Assembly: GCA_016926735.1 (NCBI GenBank)
Contig: JAFGOA010000036.1
Coordinates: forward strand, 1-64,000
DNA length: 64,000 nucleotides
Direction of reading: 5' to 3'
Origin: Promethearchaeota archaeon
GTDB taxonomy: Archaea > Asgardarchaeota > Lokiarchaeia > Sigyniarchaeales > SOKP01
The translations under genes were made by a program, and so were the position numbers. The notes under the pieces are model-generated. The model made no database searches. It saw only the letters and a list, made by a program, of their open reading frames with translations, and was not told the origin of the DNA. Shown here piece by piece: positions 60,111-64,000 of the stretch (the stretch's first letter is position 1; the number at the start of each line of letters is the position of its first letter).

Positions 60111-61604
60111 ATGACGAATATAAAATTCCTACATATTGCTGATATTCATCTTGGTAAAAGGCAGTATAATCTTAAAGAAAGATATTATGATTATTTCCGT
60201 GTTTTTAAATCAATTTTAGAAAAATCCATTGAAAAAGAAGTGGATTTTATTTTAATTTCAGGAGATCTGTTTGATAACAGAAAAATAGGTCCTATTGTTT
60301 TAACTGATGTTTTTAATATCATATCTAAATTTAAAGAGAGAGCTAAAAATAAATTAAATCGAGATATTCCTCTAATCTGTATTGAGGGGAATCATGATAA
60401 TCCTATTTATTCAACTCAATCTTGGATGACATTCCTCGCAGATCTAGAACTAATTATCCTTCTATCTGGAAAATATGATAAAAATACAAAAAAAATAATT
60501 TTTGACCCATATGACTCTAAAACTCGACGAGGAGGAAAAATAAAAATAAAAAACATAACAATATATGGTCTCCCATTTTTTGGCAGTTCTACCGCTCATA
60601 TTTTTCCTCAAATCTATGATGCAATAGAACAAAATAATGAGCAATCTAATATTTTAATGATGCATTTTGGAATTCAAGGAAATGATCCTATAAAATCAGG
60701 AATAGAAATATCTGAAAGCTTAAATAAATTAAGAGAAAAAATAGATTATCTTGCTTTAGGTCACTTTCATAAACAATATATACTTCCTAAGAAAGATCCT
60801 TGGATCTTTAATCCGGGAAGTCTAGAAATTAATGATATTAAAGAATTATTTGAAAATTATGAAAGGGGAGCCTTTATAGTAAAAATTTTAGGAAAAGAGA
60901 TTTATCATGAAGAACTAATTTGTGAAATAGGAGATAATAATAGTAATATGATTTCTAATAGAAATTTTAAACTTCTTTCTCCAATAGATATTGGTGAAAC
61001 AAAATCATTTAAAGAAACAATTGTTTTAATATTAGATTCCTTGATAAAAGATCTCCCTGAAAAAAAATCCAATTTATCAAAATCAAAAGATGATCTCAAC
61101 TGTCCAATCGTTATTTTTTCTATAAAGGGACAAATTCCATATTCAAGATTGGAAGTAAATATAAATCAATTAAAAGGGGAAATTATGAATAAATTTTCAA
61201 TTCTTGATGTAAGAATTTTTTCAACATATCTCATATCAACATTAGATGATATTATTATATCTGAAGAAAAAAAAACTATAGAAGAGATTGAAACGGATGT
61301 ATTTAATGCAATTTTAAGTGAAAATCCTCTCTTTAAAGGTATTGAAAGTGACACAATAGCATTAATGAAAAATATAAAATTTGGTCTAATTGAAAAATCT
61401 CCAAATTATTTTGAAATAAAAGAGTCTATAAAAGATTGGTTTATGTCGTATGTTGATAAATTCGACTTACCAAAAATTAATATTTTTACAAAGAGTAAAA
61501 AAATCAAGGAAGAATCATCAGAAGAGAATAATGAGGAGGAGATAGAAGAGAATATTCAAGATGAATTCGATTTGGATGAATATATAGATGATATTGACAA
61601 TTAA
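60111..61604 (+). CDS. mre11: Mre11/SbcD DNA repair nuclease
   Basis: HIADIHLG, SGDLFD, EGNHD, ALGHFH, NPGSLE; acidic C-terminal tail. Confidence 0.92.
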   Translation: MTNIKFLHIADIHLGKRQYNLKERYYDYFRVFKSILEKSIEKEVDFILISGDLFDNRKIGPIVLTDVFNIISKFKERAKNKLNRDIPLICIEGNHDNPIYSTQSWMTFLADLELIILLSGKYDKNTKKIIFDPYDSKTRRGGKIKIKNITIYGLPFFGSSTAHIFPQIYDAIEQNNEQSNILMMHFGIQGNDPIKSGIEISESLNKLREKIDYLALGHFHKQYILPKKDPWIFNPGSLEINDIKELFENYERGAFIVKILGKEIYHEELICEIGDNNSNMISNRNFKLLSPIDIGETKSFKETIVLILDSLIKDLPEKKSNLSKSKDDLNCPIVIFSIKGQIPYSRLEVNINQLKGEIMNKFSILDVRIFSTYLISTLDDIIISEEKKTIEEIETDVFNAILSENPLFKGIESDTIALMKNIKFGLIEKSPNYFEIKESIKDWFMSYVDKFDLPKINIFTKSKKIKEESSEENNEEEIEENIQDEFDLDEYIDDIDN

Positions 61605-61620
61605 AGAGGAAAAACATAAA

Positions 61621-64000
61621 ATGCTTATAACTAAAATTGAATTAAAGAATATTACAACTCATAAAAAAACGTTAATTGAATTTCAGAATGGATTGAATTT
61701 ATTATTTGGAAATAATGGTACTGGTAAATCAACTGTTCTTAATATGATTGGATATGTACTATTTAATTATCTTCCAGGGAAGCAAGAGAGCTACGTTCGT
61801 CAAGCTAAACGTGGAGAAATAAAACATGGGATGATAAAAGTCTGGGTTGTTGGTTTAGATGATGAATTATATATAATAGAAAGAACATTAGGAAAATCTA
61901 ATCCTAAAATTCAGATTAAATATGGATATACAGATTTAATTGTTCCCGGAGTAAATAATAAAATGGATTTAGAAGAATGGGTAAAAATTCAATTAAAATT
62001 AAATCCAGAAACTAATTTATCCGATCTTTTTAAAACATCTATTGGTGTACCTCAAGGAACATTTACACAACCTTTTTTAGAAACCCCTCAAAACAGAAAG
62101 AATTTTTTTGATCCTATTCTAAAGGTTGATGTATATAGGAAAATTTGGAAGAATTTTTTAAATATTATTAAAGAATTAGATAATGATATAGTTGAAATAA
62201 AACTTAAAAAAGAAAAATTAGAAGGACGATTAGAACCTATAGATGAGATAAAGAATGATAATGACCAATATATCTTAAAATTAAAAAAATCAGAAAGACA
62301 ATTAACCAATATTAAAAAGGAATTAGAATTATTAGAAAGAAAAAACAAGGAATACAAAAAAATAGATGATGAATTAAAAGAAAAAAATATTCTGAAAGAT
62401 CAGATATTAAATCAAAAAAATGAATTATATGAAAATCTAAAATCAATAAAAAATAAATTAGAAACAGCTCGAAAAGCTGGTGCTATTTGTGATAAAACCT
62501 TAAATGATTATGAAAAATATGAAGATTATCTAAAAGAGGAACAAAAATTAAAAAAATTAAATGAAGAACTAATTGATTTGAATAAAAATTATAATAAATT
62601 AAACCAAAAATTAATTCAATTGAAGAGTAATAGAGAAGAAAATCTTAATGAAATATCTGAAATAAACAAACAAAAAAAATCCTTTTTAGAGTTAGAAAAA
62701 AATTATGAATTATCACAACACCTAAAAGGAGAATATGAGACTTTAATGGGAAAAAAAAAAGAAATTATTATCTATGAAAAAGACCTTGAAGATTTTAAAA
62801 TAAAAAATGTTGAAATTACTAAAAAAATAGATGAAATTGAAAAGAAATATGATAATTACTCTGAATTAAAAAAAAAAAAAGAGATATTAGACAATAAGAA
62901 AGAATTAAAACATACATTAGAAATCAATATAAGTAAACTCGAAACTAGAATAAAACAGCTTGAAGAGAATAAGATTCAATCCAAGGGAGGTATTTGTCCA
63001 ATATTAAACGAACAATGCCGTAATATAGGAAGTAAATCTTTTAATGAAATATTTCAAAAAGAATTAGATGTATTAAATAAAGAATTAAAACCCGAATTAA
63101 AAAAAAGAAATGAAATTGATAAGGAATTAAAAGAATATGATATAATAAATAAAGAAATTAATAAATTGGATGAGCTAAAAGTACAATTAGATCTTCATAA
63201 GGAAACAAAACTTGAGATTGGAAAAAACATAAGACATCTTATTGATAAAACAAAAGAAAAGCAAGAAATAATAAGTAAATTAGATGATTATAAAAAAAAA
63301 AAAGATGAATTGGAATCAGATATCGAAAAATTTAATGTATATAAAGAAAAACTCTATGTTGATTTACCAAAAAGGAAAAAAAAAATAGAGGATTTGAACA
63401 ATAAAATCATCCCATTACAAGAAGAACTAAAACCTCTCAGAGAAAGAATTGAACATCTTGAAGAAAATCCTGAGAAATTAAAACTTATTAATATAAAATT
63501 AAATTCATTGAAAGAAAATCATGATCTATATTTATCTAATAAGGATATTGCCAGAACTGTACAAGAACTAGAAAAAGAACAAAATATTATAGAGGAGAAA
63601 TACAATAAATTGGAAAAAAAAAATCAAGGAATAATGAGTGAAATAGAAAAAATAAGTAAGACATATGATAGAAACGATAAAGAAAATGTAGAAAAAAGAT
63701 TTTTGAGTCTTAAAGAAGAGCAAGGAAAGATCTTAGAATCAATTAATGATTCAAAAGATAGATTAAAGGAGATTAACAAAAAATTAGAACAACTTAAGAA
63801 GATTGAAGATAATTTAAAAATTACTATGGATAAATTAAAGACATTAGATTTTATTAAAGATATTTCTGAAAAAATTCGCTCATATTATAAAATAGCAGGT
63901 CCAAAAATTGCAGAAACGTTATTAAAACATATTAATGCCGAAGCTACTAACCATTATAGGTCTATTATGGAAGATCATAATGTAATTTTAACATGGGAAG
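61621..64000 (+). CDS. rad50: Rad50/SbcC SMC-family ATPase (runs off the window end; absent from the ORF track)
   Basis: Hand translation from ATG 61621: MLITKIELKNITTH..GLNLLFGNNGTGKST, Q-loop IGVPQGTF, coiled coil, CPILNEQC hook at 62995-63018; still in frame at the window end (AGPKIAETLL..LTWE). Confidence 0.92.
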   Translation, partial: MLITKIELKNITTHKKTLIEFQNGLNLLFGNNGTGKSTVLNMIGYVLFNYLPGKQESYVRQAKRGEIKHGMIKVWVVGLDDELYIIERTLGKSNPKIQIKYGYTDLIVPGVNNKMDLEEWVKIQLKLNPETNLSDLFKTSIGVPQGTFTQPFLETPQNRKNFFDPILKVDVYRKIWKNFLNIIKELDNDIVEIKLKKEKLEGRLEPIDEIKNDNDQYILKLKKSERQLTNIKKELELLERKNKEYKKIDDELKEKNILKDQILNQKNELYENLKSIKNKLETARKAGAICDKTLNDYEKYEDYLKEEQKLKKLNEELIDLNKNYNKLNQKLIQLKSNREENLNEISEINKQKKSFLELEKNYELSQHLKGEYETLMGKKKEIIIYEKDLEDFKIKNVEITKKIDEIEKKYDNYSELKKKKEILDNKKELKHTLEINISKLETRIKQLEENKIQSKGGICPILNEQCRNIGSKSFNEIFQKELDVLNKELKPELKKRNEIDKELKEYDIINKEINKLDELKVQLDLHKETKLEIGKNIRHLIDKTKEKQEIISKLDDYKKKKDELESDIEKFNVYKEKLYVDLPKRKKKIEDLNNKIIPLQEELKPLRERIEHLEENPEKLKLINIKLNSLKENHDLYLSNKDIARTVQELEKEQNIIEEKYNKLEKKNQGIMSEIEKISKTYDRNDKENVEKRFLSLKEEQGKILESINDSKDRLKEINKKLEQLKKIEDNLKITMDKLKTLDFIKDISEKIRSYYKIAGPKIAETLLKHINAEATNHYRSIMEDHNVILTWE

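Noticed and set aside
438-62357. Short ORF-track entries antisense to or nested in long genes (e.g. 438-623, 11944-12201, 14232-14444, 15470-15709, 28014-28340, 57905-58291, 62088-62357)
   Set aside because: Shadow ORFs overlapping well-supported genes, with no recognisable motifs
1-64000. Selenoprotein (in-frame TGA) candidates, considered because Lokiarchaeia encode selenocysteine
   Set aside because: The TGA-terminated genes I examined look complete, and I saw no TGA at a catalytic Cys position
1-64000. CRISPR arrays, tRNA/rRNA genes, transposases, integrases
   Set aside because: No regularly spaced repeats, GC-rich structural RNA blocks or mobile-element ORFs were seen by eye; the Cas4-like domain at 55605 has no cas neighbours

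Overview
A very AT-rich, gene-dense archaeal chromosomal segment, most likely from an Asgard archaeon of the Lokiarchaeia type. This assignment is inferred from the gene content: two TFB paralogs, archaeal riboflavin enzymes, Taw1, a two-domain gelsolin, Rab-like and Arf/Rag-like small GTPases, and several roadblock, longin and uDENN-like proteins. Housekeeping content includes a five-gene archaeal riboflavin operon, a heterodimeric ABC exporter, glycogen synthase, a three-gene GlpA-type oxidoreductase cluster, apgM and a heliorhodopsin. I saw no rRNA, tRNA, CRISPR array or transposase. The main unusual observations are: (1) a compact EF-G/TetM-like translational GTPase fused to a YqgF/RuvX-type RNase H-fold nuclease (14860-17187); (2) a putative operon of a 1495-aa Dna2-like Fe-S nuclease/SF1 helicase with Mre11/SbcD and Rad50/SbcC, the latter carrying a non-canonical C-x6-C zinc hook (55605-64000); (3) a 7TM-longin fusion; (4) a P-loop-less pseudo-GTPase fused to a long TPR-like solenoid; (5) a zinc-ribbon module shared by the gelsolin and a small unlinked protein; (6) a winged-helix insertion inside Taw1. 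All calls come from reading motifs by eye; no database searches were run, so novelty is unverified.
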